From: an uncultured Bacteroidota bacterium
Lineage (GTDB): Bacteria; Bacteroidota; Bacteroidia; 2-12-FULL-35-15
NCBI GenBank assembly: GCA_903919535.1
Contig: CAIXIP010000081.1
Coordinates: 1 to 60,822 of the forward strand
Length of the DNA: 60,822 nucleotides
Direction of reading: 5' to 3'
Shown: positions 10,112 to 19,725 of the stretch, piece after piece
Position numbering within the stretch: the stretch's first letter is position 1
How the letters are laid out: every line of letters begins with the position of its first letter
Position numbers and translations under genes: made by a program
The notes under the pieces: model-generated
The model's input: the letters and a program-made list of their open reading frames with translations, nothing else
What the model was told of the DNA's origin: nothing
Databases searched by the model: none

Positions 10112-11485
10112 TTATTTATTTAACTCCGTAAAATTTTTATAAAAATACGGAATGGTTTCAATCCCCTTTAGATAGTTGAATACACCATAACTCTCGTTTG
10201 GCGAATGTATTGCGTCTGAATCTAAACCGAATCCCATTAATACTGAATCTAATCCCAATTCGGATTTAAACATTGCCACAATTGGAATACTTCCACCGCT
10301 GCGAACAGGCACTGGCTTTTTCCCAAAGGTAGTTTCCATGGCCATGCTTGCAGCTTTATATGCAATAGATGTTGTTGGAGTTACAACGGGTGCACCACCA
10401 TGATGAGGTGTTACTTTTACTTTCACCGATTTTGGTGCTATACTTTCGAAATAATTTTTGAAAAGTGTGGTGATATTATCACTGTTTTGATGAGGAACCA
10501 ATCGCATCGAAATTTTCGCATACGCTTTTGATGCAATAACTGTTTTTGCTCCTTCGCCTGTATAACCGCCCCAAATGCCATTTACATCTAATGTTGGTCG
10601 AATAGAAGTACGTTCGTTTGTTGAATAAGTATCTTCACCATGAATGTCAGATAATTCCAATGCTTTTTTGTATGCATCTAAACTGAATGGCGCTTTTGCC
10701 ATTTCTGCGCGTTCTTCAGCACTTATAATTTCTACATCATCATAAAACCCAGGAATGGTAATGTGGTTTTTATCGTCTTTTAATTTCGCAATCATCTCAC
10801 ACAAAATGTTAATTGGATTCGCTACAGCACCACCATATAAACCAGAATGCAAATCACGATTCGGTCCGGTAACTTCTACTTCAACATAACTTAATCCGCG
10901 CAAGCCAACAGTAACAGAAGGTATATCATTTGCAATAATTCCAGTATCGGAAATTACAATGATATCGGCTTTTAATTTGGCTTTATTTTCTTTTACAAAA
11001 ATTGCAAGGTTTGTTGAACCAACTTCTTCTTCCCCTTCAATCATAAATTTTACATTGCAAGGCAAAGTATTTGTTTGCATCATCAATTCGAATGCTTTCA
11101 CATGCATGTATAATTGTCCTTTGTCGTCACAAGCACCGCGTGCATAAATTTTTCCATCTTTTATTACGGGTTCGAATGGTCCAGAGGTCCATAATTCAAT
11201 TGGGTCAGCAGGTTGTACATCATAATGTCCATAAACTAAAACCGTTGGTAATTTTGCATCAATCATTTTTTCGCCATAAACGATTGGGTGACCTGCTGTT
11301 TTACAGACTTCAACTTTTTCGGCTCCAGCTGCGATTAATTTTTCTTTTATCGCCTCAGCCGTTTTTTGAACATCAGCAGTATATTTTGGGTCAGCACTTA
11401 CCGATGGAATTCTTAATAATTCGAAAAGTTCGCTTAGGAAACGTTCTTTGTGAGTTTCGATGTATGAGTTGATGATTGTTTTCAT
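10112..11485 (-). CDS. M20 family dipeptidase
   Basis: YGHYDVQP, ARGACDDKGQ, EGEEEVGS, DLHSG, HSPNE. Confidence 0.92.
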   Translation of the reverse strand: MKTIINSYIETHKERFLSELFELLRIPSVSADPKYTADVQKTAEAIKEKLIAAGAEKVEVCKTAGHPIVYGEKMIDAKLPTVLVYGHYDVQPADPIELWTSGPFEPVIKDGKIYARGACDDKGQLYMHVKAFELMMQTNTLPCNVKFMIEGEEEVGSTNLAIFVKENKAKLKADIIVISDTGIIANDIPSVTVGLRGLSYVEVEVTGPNRDLHSGLYGGAVANPINILCEMIAKLKDDKNHITIPGFYDDVEIISAEERAEMAKAPFSLDAYKKALELSDIHGEDTYSTNERTSIRPTLDVNGIWGGYTGEGAKTVIASKAYAKISMRLVPHQNSDNITTLFKNYFESIAPKSVKVKVTPHHGGAPVVTPTTSIAYKAASMAMETTFGKKPVPVRSGGSIPIVAMFKSELGLDSVLMGFGLDSDAIHSPNESYGVFNYLKGIETIPYFYKNFTELNK

Positions 11486-11679
11486 TAGAATGTTTTATTT
11501 TTTTATGAGTCTTTCTTGGTAACTTTTGAATCACAAATTTGCAATAATTATTGATAAGACAAGGACTAATTGAAAAAAGAAAACCAAGAAATTTGCAACT
11601 TTGAAACCTAATTGTTGATTAAAATAATTTTGAAAAACCAAAATTTATGCTGTTGATTTGCAAAATAAATAAGTTGCTT

Positions 11680-11706
11680 TGCAACTATTTAGAAGAAAAT
11701 GGCGTC
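11680..11706 (+). promoter_or_regulatory. Putative ECF-sigma promoter TGCAAC-N17-CGTC
   Basis: Matches the general ECF AAC/CGT layout; similar boxes at 54846 and 55318. Confidence 0.35.
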
Positions 11707-11740
11707 TTTCCATTTACAAAATCAGATAAAATTGTTGTTA

Positions 11741-11770
11741 GATAAGTGGTTGAATTGTTGTGATAAGTGG
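11741..11770. promoter_or_regulatory. 9-bp direct repeat GATAAGTGG-N12-GATAAGTGG (LytTR-type operator geometry)
   Basis: Exact copies at 11741-11749 and 11762-11770, each preceded by ATTGTTGT. Confidence 0.5.
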
Positions 11771-11811
11771 ATATTATTTTTCGACTAATTATTTTGAATG
11801 GCTTTTTTTGA

Positions 11812-11819
11812 TACATTTG
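11812..11819 (+). promoter_or_regulatory. -7 box TACATTTG
   Basis: Exact consensus 29 nt upstream of ATG 11849. Confidence 0.55.
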
Positions 11820-11848
11820 CCTGCTAATCAGACTATAAACAACAATTA

Positions 11849-14014
11849 ATGAATACTATTTCCAGCAAAATCAATTTCGTTCTAATTAGCTTTTTGATTT
11901 TTTCGAACTATTCGATCGCGCAATTAACAACAAGTACAGCGATGACACCAACTCAAATGGTGCAGAATGTTTTACTTGGGAGTGGTATTACTGCAACAAA
12001 TATTACTTATTCCGGTGCAGCATTATCACGCGGTACATTCAATGGTGCCGCTTCTAATATTGGTTTAGCATCAGGTGTAATTATGTCATCGGGCGATATC
12101 GCGAATGCGTGCGGTCCAAATAATCAATCTGGTATTTCAACTTCCAATAGTTTATTGGGGGATGCCGATTTGGATATCATCATGTCGCCAACTTTAAGTT
12201 ATGATGCCGCTGTCATCGAATTTGATTTTGTTCCAACATCCGACACAGTAAAGTTTCGCTACGTTTTTGGTTCAGATGAATACATGGAGTTTGTGAGTTC
12301 AATACCTGGGGGTATTAACGATGGATTTGGATTTTTTATTAGTGGACCCGGCATTACCGGACCATTTGCTAATAATGCAAAAAATATTGCTCTTGTTCCG
12401 GGAACATCGTTGCCAGTTACTATGTTTAATTTAAATCTGAACAATAATAGTGCATATTATTTTGATAACGGTGATGGCTTTGGAAGCGGCACTGCTCCTA
12501 ACGGATTAACAGTTCAATATGATGGATTTACTAAGCCATTAACTGCAATAACACAAGTTCAATGCGGACAAACATATCATATTAAATTAGCAATTGCCGA
12601 TGGTGGTGATGGAATAATTGATTCAGGAGTTTTTTTAGAAGCAGGTAGTTTTGCAAGTACAGGAAATGTATTTATGTCGTCATCAACAAGTTTTGGCGGG
12701 AATGTTAATAGCAACAATGACACGATGATGTATGAAGGTTGCGGTTCTGCATCAATATTATTTGATCGTGGAATAAATAATTTAGCCGTTGCTGATACTT
12801 TTTATTATTCTTTGAGCGGCACTGCAACTAATGGTTTAGATTTTTCAATGATTGGTGATAGTGTTTATTTTGCCCCAGGACAAGCAACTGCAAATGTTAT
12901 AGTTAATTCTTTACCCGATGTGCTAGTTGAAGGAACCGAAACAGTAACTTTTTCGGTCTATGTGGCATCGCCATGTAATGGAAATGATACTATTTCTTTA
13001 ACCTTGTATATTCTCGATTCTCCTCCAATGACAATTTCATTAAACAATGATACAACATTAGGATGCCCAACAAATAGTCTCGCATTATCAGCTGTTGGGC
13101 ATGGTGGTGTAGGAATAGGTAATTGTAATTATGTATGGGCCAATACAACAAGTACTTCAAATACTATTAATGTGAATCCAACAGTAACTACAACTTATTA
13201 TGTAACAATTTCAGATACGTGTGGTAATTCAGCTACTGATAGCGTTAAGGTTACGGTAGTGCCATATACACCATTGCAATTGTCTTTTAATAATGATACA
13301 ATTATTTGTGGAGGCAATGAGGTATTATTGAATTCGGATGTTACTGGTGGTCGCCCGGCTTATATTTACTCTTGGTCACCTAATGTTACTTTGTCTGATT
13401 CGGTAACGGTCGCGCCTGCTTATCCAACAACCTATATGCTTACTATAACTGATGCGTGTAATCATACTGTTTCAGATTCGATGCATATAACGGTTTATCC
13501 GATTCATGCGGATTTTTCTCACACCTTCTCAACAAACCAAACGGTTCAATTTATAAATGAATCGATTGGAGCAGTAAGTTATTTTTGGAATTTTGGAGAT
13601 GGTTCACAAGATTCAACTTCCACCGAAACCAATCCAATTCATTTCTATCCAAATGACGGAAGTTATCTGGTTACATTAATATCAACAAATATTGAAGGCT
13701 GTGCTGACACCATAATATTGCCAGTTGTTGTGTTACCTGATTTTTATTTTTATTATCCAAATGCCTTCACACCTAATAACAATGAAAACAATGATGTATA
13801 TAGAGGTTATGGTTCAGGAATAAAAACCTATCATATGTCAATATTCGATCGCTGGGGCGAAAAATTATTCGAAACAACTGATATTAATACTGGTTGGGAT
13901 GGAACCTATAAAGGAGTTAAATTATCTGAAGGGATCTATATATGTAAATTTGAGCTGACCGGTTTTCATTTCGAAGAAAAGTATTATATTGGTCACGTTA
14001 ATTTAATAAGATAA
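11849..14014 (+). CDS. Choice-of-anchor L / Calx-beta-like / PKD surface protein with T9SS type B CTD
   Basis: EFDFVPTSDTVKFRYVFGSDEY, QYDGFT, DSGVFLEAGSF; PKD WNFGDG; CTD PNAFTPN...IFDRWG...WDG...GHVNLIR. Confidence 0.85.
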   Translation: MNTISSKINFVLISFLIFSNYSIAQLTTSTAMTPTQMVQNVLLGSGITATNITYSGAALSRGTFNGAASNIGLASGVIMSSGDIANACGPNNQSGISTSNSLLGDADLDIIMSPTLSYDAAVIEFDFVPTSDTVKFRYVFGSDEYMEFVSSIPGGINDGFGFFISGPGITGPFANNAKNIALVPGTSLPVTMFNLNLNNNSAYYFDNGDGFGSGTAPNGLTVQYDGFTKPLTAITQVQCGQTYHIKLAIADGGDGIIDSGVFLEAGSFASTGNVFMSSSTSFGGNVNSNNDTMMYEGCGSASILFDRGINNLAVADTFYYSLSGTATNGLDFSMIGDSVYFAPGQATANVIVNSLPDVLVEGTETVTFSVYVASPCNGNDTISLTLYILDSPPMTISLNNDTTLGCPTNSLALSAVGHGGVGIGNCNYVWANTTSTSNTINVNPTVTTTYYVTISDTCGNSATDSVKVTVVPYTPLQLSFNNDTIICGGNEVLLNSDVTGGRPAYIYSWSPNVTLSDSVTVAPAYPTTYMLTITDACNHTVSDSMHITVYPIHADFSHTFSTNQTVQFINESIGAVSYFWNFGDGSQDSTSTETNPIHFYPNDGSYLVTLISTNIEGCADTIILPVVVLPDFYFYYPNAFTPNNNENNDVYRGYGSGIKTYHMSIFDRWGEKLFETTDINTGWDGTYKGVKLSEGIYICKFELTGFHFEEKYYIGHVNLIR

Positions 14015-14018
14015 GCAG

Positions 14019-16646
14019 ATGATTATTTCCTTCAAAAGTAAAATATCCATTCTAATTTGTTCAACGTTATGTTTTTTGGCAATTGTTTCAAAAGCTCAGT
14101 TAACGGTTAGTAATACAATGACTCCAACTCAATTAGTACAAAATGTATTATTAGGTGGTGGTGTAACAGCTTCAAATATAACTTTTAACGGTGTTTCAGT
14201 TGCAGCGGGGTCGTTTAATGGCACCTCTTCAAATATTGGATTCTCTTCGGGTGTGATTTTAGCTACAGGAGATGTTGGTGTTGCCGTTGGCCCAAACAAT
14301 AGTGGAAGTTTAAGTAATGGTGGTTCTGGTTCATCTTCTACAGATCCTGAATTAACAAGTATTGCAACAAATACATTATATGATGCTACAATACTTGAAT
14401 TTGATTTTGTACCGGTTTCTGACACAGTTAAATTTAGATATGTTTTTGCTTCTGAAGAATATCCTGAATATGTATGTTCGAATTATAATGATGTTTTTGG
14501 TTTTTTTATTTCAGGTCCTAACCCAGCAGGAGGTACTTATACAAATAAAAACATTGCAATAATTCCAACTTCTGCTCCTCCTTTAGCTGTTGCCATTAAT
14601 TCAGTTAATCCTGGTGTTGCAGGCTCTAGTGGCACAGGAACTTGTACTAGTTTAGCATACTCTTCATTGTATTTTGATAATCAAACTCCTCCCGGAACTT
14701 CAGTGCAATATGATGGATTTACCGTTCCATTAACCGCAATATCAGCTGTTAATTGCGGACAAACATATCATATAAAAATTGCGATTGCCGATGTTGGCGA
14801 TGCAGCTTTTGATTCTGGTGTTTTTTTAGAGGCAGGAAGTTTTTCCAGTGTGGGCGTTACAATTGTTCCGGAAATAAGTTATGGTGGATCCAATGACTCA
14901 ACGCTTTATGAAGGCTGCGGAACAGCTTGTATACATTTTATACGTACTTCCAATTTATCTCAAGCAGATACCATTACTGTAAACATTGGAGGTTCAGCTA
15001 TTAATGGGGTAGATTATAATACGGGTGTAGTTGGTGTTTCAATTCCAACTCAATTAATTTTCCTTGCTGGTCAGGATTCTGTTTCATATTGTATTAATGC
15101 AGTTTCTGATGGTATTACAGAAGGTTTGGATACGATAACACTAGCAATTGTTCAAACAGGACCATGCCAGAGTTTAACAACCAGAGCAACTATTTATTTG
15201 AATGAATATTCTCCAATGGCATTAACAACCAGTGATACTATACTATGTAACACTCTTGGTCCAGTAACGTTATTGGCAAATGTTACTGGTGGAGTACAGC
15301 CATATACTTACTCTTGGACTAACGGAGCCGCTGCAGTGGCAAATCCTACAGTTAATCCAGCCTCTACTACCAACTATGTTTTAACAGTTAACGATGCATG
15401 TATGGGTTCACCAGACCCAACTCCTGCTGTAATAGATAGCGCTAAGGTTACAATTATTTCTATTCCTGCTATTACAAGTGTAATAAATTCAGGTGCAATA
15501 AGTGCTTCTTCCTTTTACGAAGGTTGCGGACAAGCATGTTTTTATTTTGTAAGAACAATAAATATCGGTGCTGCTGATACCTTCAATTTAAGCGTTGCCG
15601 GAACAGCAACTAATGGAGTAGATTACACAACTTTACCCACACAATTATTTTTTGCAGCTGGACAAGATTCATTAAAATATTGTGTTTCTACAACAACTGA
15701 TGCTATTGCAGAAACAAATGAAACAATTGCATTATCGATTAGTTTAACCGGTGCGTGTAATTTAACTTCGAATAATCAACTTACTATTGTTGACCCATTA
15801 CCTTTAACTCTTTCAGTAAGCAACGATACAATTTTGCAATGTCAAACAAGTTCAATTTCAATGTTTGCAAATGTTAATGGAGGTGTTGCTCCTTATACTT
15901 ATTCCTGGACCAATGGTGCTGGCAATATATCAAATCCAACAGTAACCCCGCCATCAACAACAACTTATGTTGTTTCAGTTTCTGACAACTGTAATGGTTC
16001 GCCTGATCCAACTCCACTTGTTAGTGATAGTGTAAAAATTACTATAGTTACATATACTCCACTTGTGATTAATGCTGGTAATGATGTGAATGTTTGCCCA
16101 GGTGATTTAGTAAATTTATTGGCTTTGGTAACAGGTGGTGGAACACCTTACATTTATAACTGGACAACTTTCTCGGGAACAGGAGTTCTTACATCAACAA
16201 ATACTGCAGGAACATCTCTAATTGGAAATTCAACAGGAGTGTTTCAAGTAACCGTTATGGATGTTTGTGGAGCAATAGAAAACGATCAAGTTGAAGTTAC
16301 GGTTGAACCAAGTTGTGAAATAAGTATTCCAAATGTTATTACTCCTGATGGAAGTGGACCAATTACAAATGAAATATTTTACATTGAGAATTTAGATAAA
16401 TTTCCCAATAGTGAATTACAAATATTTAATCGTTGGGGAAAAAAGGTTTATGAAAGTGCAAGCTATCTTAATAATTGGAATGGTGGAAAATTAACTGACG
16501 GAACATATTATTATGTACTAACAGTGCCTGCATCCGGACAGGTATTGCCGAAATTAAAACCGACAATGGTTTATGATATTAATGTAAAATCAGAAACTGG
16601 TAAAAGAAGTTTTGCGGGTTATTTTCAGATCATCCGAGAAAAATAA
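14019..16646 (+). CDS. Choice-of-anchor L surface protein with internal duplication and T9SS type B CTD
   Basis: Same N-domain as preceding gene; PNVITPDG...IFNRWGKKV...DGTYYY CTD. Confidence 0.85.
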   Translation: MIISFKSKISILICSTLCFLAIVSKAQLTVSNTMTPTQLVQNVLLGGGVTASNITFNGVSVAAGSFNGTSSNIGFSSGVILATGDVGVAVGPNNSGSLSNGGSGSSSTDPELTSIATNTLYDATILEFDFVPVSDTVKFRYVFASEEYPEYVCSNYNDVFGFFISGPNPAGGTYTNKNIAIIPTSAPPLAVAINSVNPGVAGSSGTGTCTSLAYSSLYFDNQTPPGTSVQYDGFTVPLTAISAVNCGQTYHIKIAIADVGDAAFDSGVFLEAGSFSSVGVTIVPEISYGGSNDSTLYEGCGTACIHFIRTSNLSQADTITVNIGGSAINGVDYNTGVVGVSIPTQLIFLAGQDSVSYCINAVSDGITEGLDTITLAIVQTGPCQSLTTRATIYLNEYSPMALTTSDTILCNTLGPVTLLANVTGGVQPYTYSWTNGAAAVANPTVNPASTTNYVLTVNDACMGSPDPTPAVIDSAKVTIISIPAITSVINSGAISASSFYEGCGQACFYFVRTINIGAADTFNLSVAGTATNGVDYTTLPTQLFFAAGQDSLKYCVSTTTDAIAETNETIALSISLTGACNLTSNNQLTIVDPLPLTLSVSNDTILQCQTSSISMFANVNGGVAPYTYSWTNGAGNISNPTVTPPSTTTYVVSVSDNCNGSPDPTPLVSDSVKITIVTYTPLVINAGNDVNVCPGDLVNLLALVTGGGTPYIYNWTTFSGTGVLTSTNTAGTSLIGNSTGVFQVTVMDVCGAIENDQVEVTVEPSCEISIPNVITPDGSGPITNEIFYIENLDKFPNSELQIFNRWGKKVYESASYLNNWNGGKLTDGTYYYVLTVPASGQVLPKLKPTMVYDINVKSETGKRSFAGYFQIIREK
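14904..16050 (+). repeat. Intragenic tandem duplication of ~200 aa (YEGCG...NGVDY...PYTYSWTNG...GSPDPTP)
   Basis: Units begin ~14904 and ~15513 (609-nt offset). Confidence 0.75.
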
Positions 16647-16700
16647 TTTATCCTTATTTGCCAAATATTGCAAAAAGGTTAATGAAATTCTGTATTGTAA

Positions 16701-17051
16701 TTAAAGGTGTTCTTTTGCGGATGCAATTGTACTCTTCGAATTTCCGATAAATATTTTGTCATTGATAATTATGACAGGACGTTTAAGAAAAGTGTATTCT
16801 TCTAAAATATATTTTTTATAGTCTTCTTCTGTTAAGTCTAATTTATCTAACCCAAGCGCTCGATATTTCATTGCTATCTTGCTAAACAATGCTTCATAGC
16901 TACCAGCCAATTTTTTCATTTCAGTTAATTGTATAGCAGAAATTTTTTCTGTTTTGATATCCTGAAATTCAATTTTTTTATTTTTTAAATCGAGCTCATT
17001 AATTATTCGAGTGCAAGTTGAGCAGGAGCTTAGGTAATAGATTTTTATCAT
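16701..17051 (-). CDS. ArsC/Spx family protein
   Basis: YYLSSCSTC and FLKRPV motifs. Confidence 0.85.
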   Translation of the reverse strand: MIKIYYLSSCSTCTRIINELDLKNKKIEFQDIKTEKISAIQLTEMKKLAGSYEALFSKIAMKYRALGLDKLDLTEEDYKKYILEEYTFLKRPVIIINDKIFIGNSKSTIASAKEHL

Positions 17052-17064
17052 TGATTGAAATTAT

Positions 17065-18498
17065 TTATTCAACTGCACTAAGTTTTATCATATTCGACTT
17101 CCCTTTTTCGCTAATTGGTGTACTTGCAATATTAATGATCAGATCATTTTGTTTTACGCAACCTTTGTTCTTCAATATTAATTTTATGTCAGCGATTGTA
17201 TGGTCTGTACTGATGTTCTTATCGTAAAAAAATCCATGAACGCCCCATACTAAATTTAAAGTTGTAAGAATTGAATAGTTATCAGTAAAAACGTAAATAT
17301 TTGCTTTCGGGCGATGACTTGCTAATTTGAAAGCTGTATATCCTGAGTGCGTCATTGTTACAATCGCTGAAGCGTTTGTACGCTGTGCCATCTTAGATGC
17401 AGTATAACAAATAGAGTCGGAAATAAAACGGTTGTTATGCAGATCCACATCAGGTGCAGCGTTGTCGCGATTATAAATATCTACTTTTGATTCAACATGT
17501 TCAATAATTTTTGTCATTGCTTCAATAACTTTTGCAGGGTGATTTCCAACAGATGTTTCACCGCTAAGCATTACTGCATCAGCTCCATCCATAACACTAT
17601 TAGCCACATCATTAACTTCTGCGCGCGAAGGACTAATATTTGTGATCATGCTTTCCATCATTTGTGTGGCAATGATAACAGGCTTTGAAGCTTCTAAACA
17701 TTTTCTCACTAACATTTTTTGAATCACAGGAACCTCTTGCATTGGCACCTCTACACCCAAATCGCCTCGCGCAACCATTATTGCATCAGTTTCTTTAATG
17801 ATGTTATCAATATCTAAAATAGCTTCAGGTTTTTCAATTTTTGCAACTACTTTAGTTTTTACATTGTGATCAAATTTTTGGATCAAATGTTTAAGTTCAA
17901 TTATATCAGCCGCTGAACGAACGAATGAAAGTCCAATCCAGTCAACCTTTTGAGACAAGGCAAATTCTAGATCTTTCAGATCTTTTTCTGTTAAGCAAGG
18001 CAAAGATATTTTTGTGTTCGGCAAATTCACTCCTTTTTTTGAGGATAAAATTCCTCCATGCATAACAACAGCTTTTACTTCATCTTTTCCATTTGTTTCA
18101 ACAACTTTCAACAGTAGTTTTCCATCATCAATTAAAATGTTTTCACCCGCTTTTACATCTTTCGGGAATTGAGGGTAAGTAATATAAACACGTTCTGCTG
18201 TACCTATGCACTCAATTGTTGTGATGTATATTTCTTTACCTGCAATTAATTCTACACTATTATTTTCAACGGTGCCAATACGAAGTTTTGGTCCTTGCAA
18301 ATCCGCAAGTATTGCTGTGTGAGTACCTAGCTTTTTATTAAGTTCACGAATAGTATTTATTTGGTCTAATACCGTGTCATATGCTCCATGAGAAAAATTA
18401 ATCCGACATACATCCATTCCCGCATTTATCATTCCTTCAAGCACCTCAGGAGTAGATGATGCAGGGCCAAGTGTGGCTACAATTTTTGTTCTTTTCAT
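17065..18498 (-). CDS. pyk: Pyruvate kinase
   Basis: TKIVATLGPAS, RINFSHG, DLQGPKLR, MVARGDLGVE, MLSGET. Confidence 0.97.
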   Translation of the reverse strand: MKRTKIVATLGPASSTPEVLEGMINAGMDVCRINFSHGAYDTVLDQINTIRELNKKLGTHTAILADLQGPKLRIGTVENNSVELIAGKEIYITTIECIGTAERVYITYPQFPKDVKAGENILIDDGKLLLKVVETNGKDEVKAVVMHGGILSSKKGVNLPNTKISLPCLTEKDLKDLEFALSQKVDWIGLSFVRSAADIIELKHLIQKFDHNVKTKVVAKIEKPEAILDIDNIIKETDAIMVARGDLGVEVPMQEVPVIQKMLVRKCLEASKPVIIATQMMESMITNISPSRAEVNDVANSVMDGADAVMLSGETSVGNHPAKVIEAMTKIIEHVESKVDIYNRDNAAPDVDLHNNRFISDSICYTASKMAQRTNASAIVTMTHSGYTAFKLASHRPKANIYVFTDNYSILTTLNLVWGVHGFFYDKNISTDHTIADIKLILKNKGCVKQNDLIINIASTPISEKGKSNMIKLSAVE

Positions 18499-18500
18499 TC

Positions 18501-18923
18501 TTATAATATTAAATTTTGTTTTGATTTTAGTGTGGAAGCGTCAATTCTGACTGCTGTTTGCACTAAAGTAATTTCTTTTATTTTTTTGAAAATGGTTTTT
18601 ATTTTCTCCTCTTTTATTTCTTCTTCTTTTATAATTAAAAAATAATCCATTTGTTTTTGTTCAGGAATAAGAATCCCTTTTTCACTTCTATTAGCAATTA
18701 ATAAATATTCAGAAAACTCTTCTTCTCGTGTATCAATAAATAAGGAGTAATGAGATGGCTCGTCCAGCTTTTTTTCTTTTATCTCGAGTGACTCAGTTTT
18801 AATTAGATTTAAATCCAATTTATTATTGAGTGCCCAACAAATACGATAGTCTTTTTCGTGTGATGAAATTCCAATCAACACGAAACTATAATCATATTCT
18901 ATTTCAAGCGTATGTTTTCCCAA
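18501..18923 (-). CDS. IPExxxVDY family protein
   Basis: LIPEQKQMDY motif; usual position between rnc and pyk. Confidence 0.85.
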   Translation of the reverse strand: MGKHTLEIEYDYSFVLIGISSHEKDYRICWALNNKLDLNLIKTESLEIKEKKLDEPSHYSLFIDTREEEFSEYLLIANRSEKGILIPEQKQMDYFLIIKEEEIKEEKIKTIFKKIKEITLVQTAVRIDASTLKSKQNLIL

Positions 18924-18990
18924 GGCAAAATTATTTGAAATGTAAAATTAGAAATCTAATATTAAGAAAGGATGTAAAAAGTATTAAATT

Positions 18991-19716
18991 TTAGATTTCT
19001 AAAGTCAGGCAAGCTTGTTCAGCAACCATTTGTTCAGCACGTTTTTTTGAAAAATGCTGCGCTACTCCATATATTTCACTGTCAACAGACAATTGAATTG
19101 AAAACTGTTTTTCTGCCGAGTTGGCGCTGTCTTGAATGGTTTCAAAGCGAAATTCTTTTTTCTCTTTTTGTGCCCATTCAATAAATTTGCTTTTAAAATC
19201 TACTTCTTTTGTTTCTACTTCCTCCATATCAATAAAGACATTGATAATTCGTGTAAGCAAAAATTGTTGTGTAAAAACAAATCCTTTATCCAGATATATT
19301 GCACCTATCAATGCTTCGTATGCATCGCCATTTATTGAGCTAGGTTTGCTGCCGAATCTGTCGTTGTTGGCTTCAATTAAATTGTTTAAACCTAATTTAA
19401 CGGCAAGTTGATTGTGTTTTGCACGGCTTACCATTTTTGAACGCATCTTAGTTAGAAAACCTTCATCCTTGAATGGAAATTTTTTAAAAAGATAATCAGC
19501 TACAACAGTTCCGATGACTGAATCGCCAAGAAATTCGAGACGTTCATTACTATCTTTTACTCCTTTTTTTATTTGTTGTGCAGCAGAGCTGTGACGGAAG
19601 GCTAATTTATATAAGTTGATATTACTTGGGTAAAAACCAAGTAGATTATGAAGGGATTCATGTAAATTTTTATCGGGCGAAAAATATACTCGAATAGGTT
19701 TTGAGAAAGTAGCCAA
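18991..19716 (-). CDS. rnc: Ribonuclease III
   Basis: NERLEFLGD, DAYEALIGAIYLD, C-terminal dsRBD (SKKRAEQ). Confidence 0.96.
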   Translation of the reverse strand: MATFSKPIRVYFSPDKNLHESLHNLLGFYPSNINLYKLAFRHSSAAQQIKKGVKDSNERLEFLGDSVIGTVVADYLFKKFPFKDEGFLTKMRSKMVSRAKHNQLAVKLGLNNLIEANNDRFGSKPSSINGDAYEALIGAIYLDKGFVFTQQFLLTRIINVFIDMEEVETKEVDFKSKFIEWAQKEKKEFRFETIQDSANSAEKQFSIQLSVDSEIYGVAQHFSKKRAEQMVAEQACLTLEI

Positions 19717-19725
19717 ACGAAAAAA

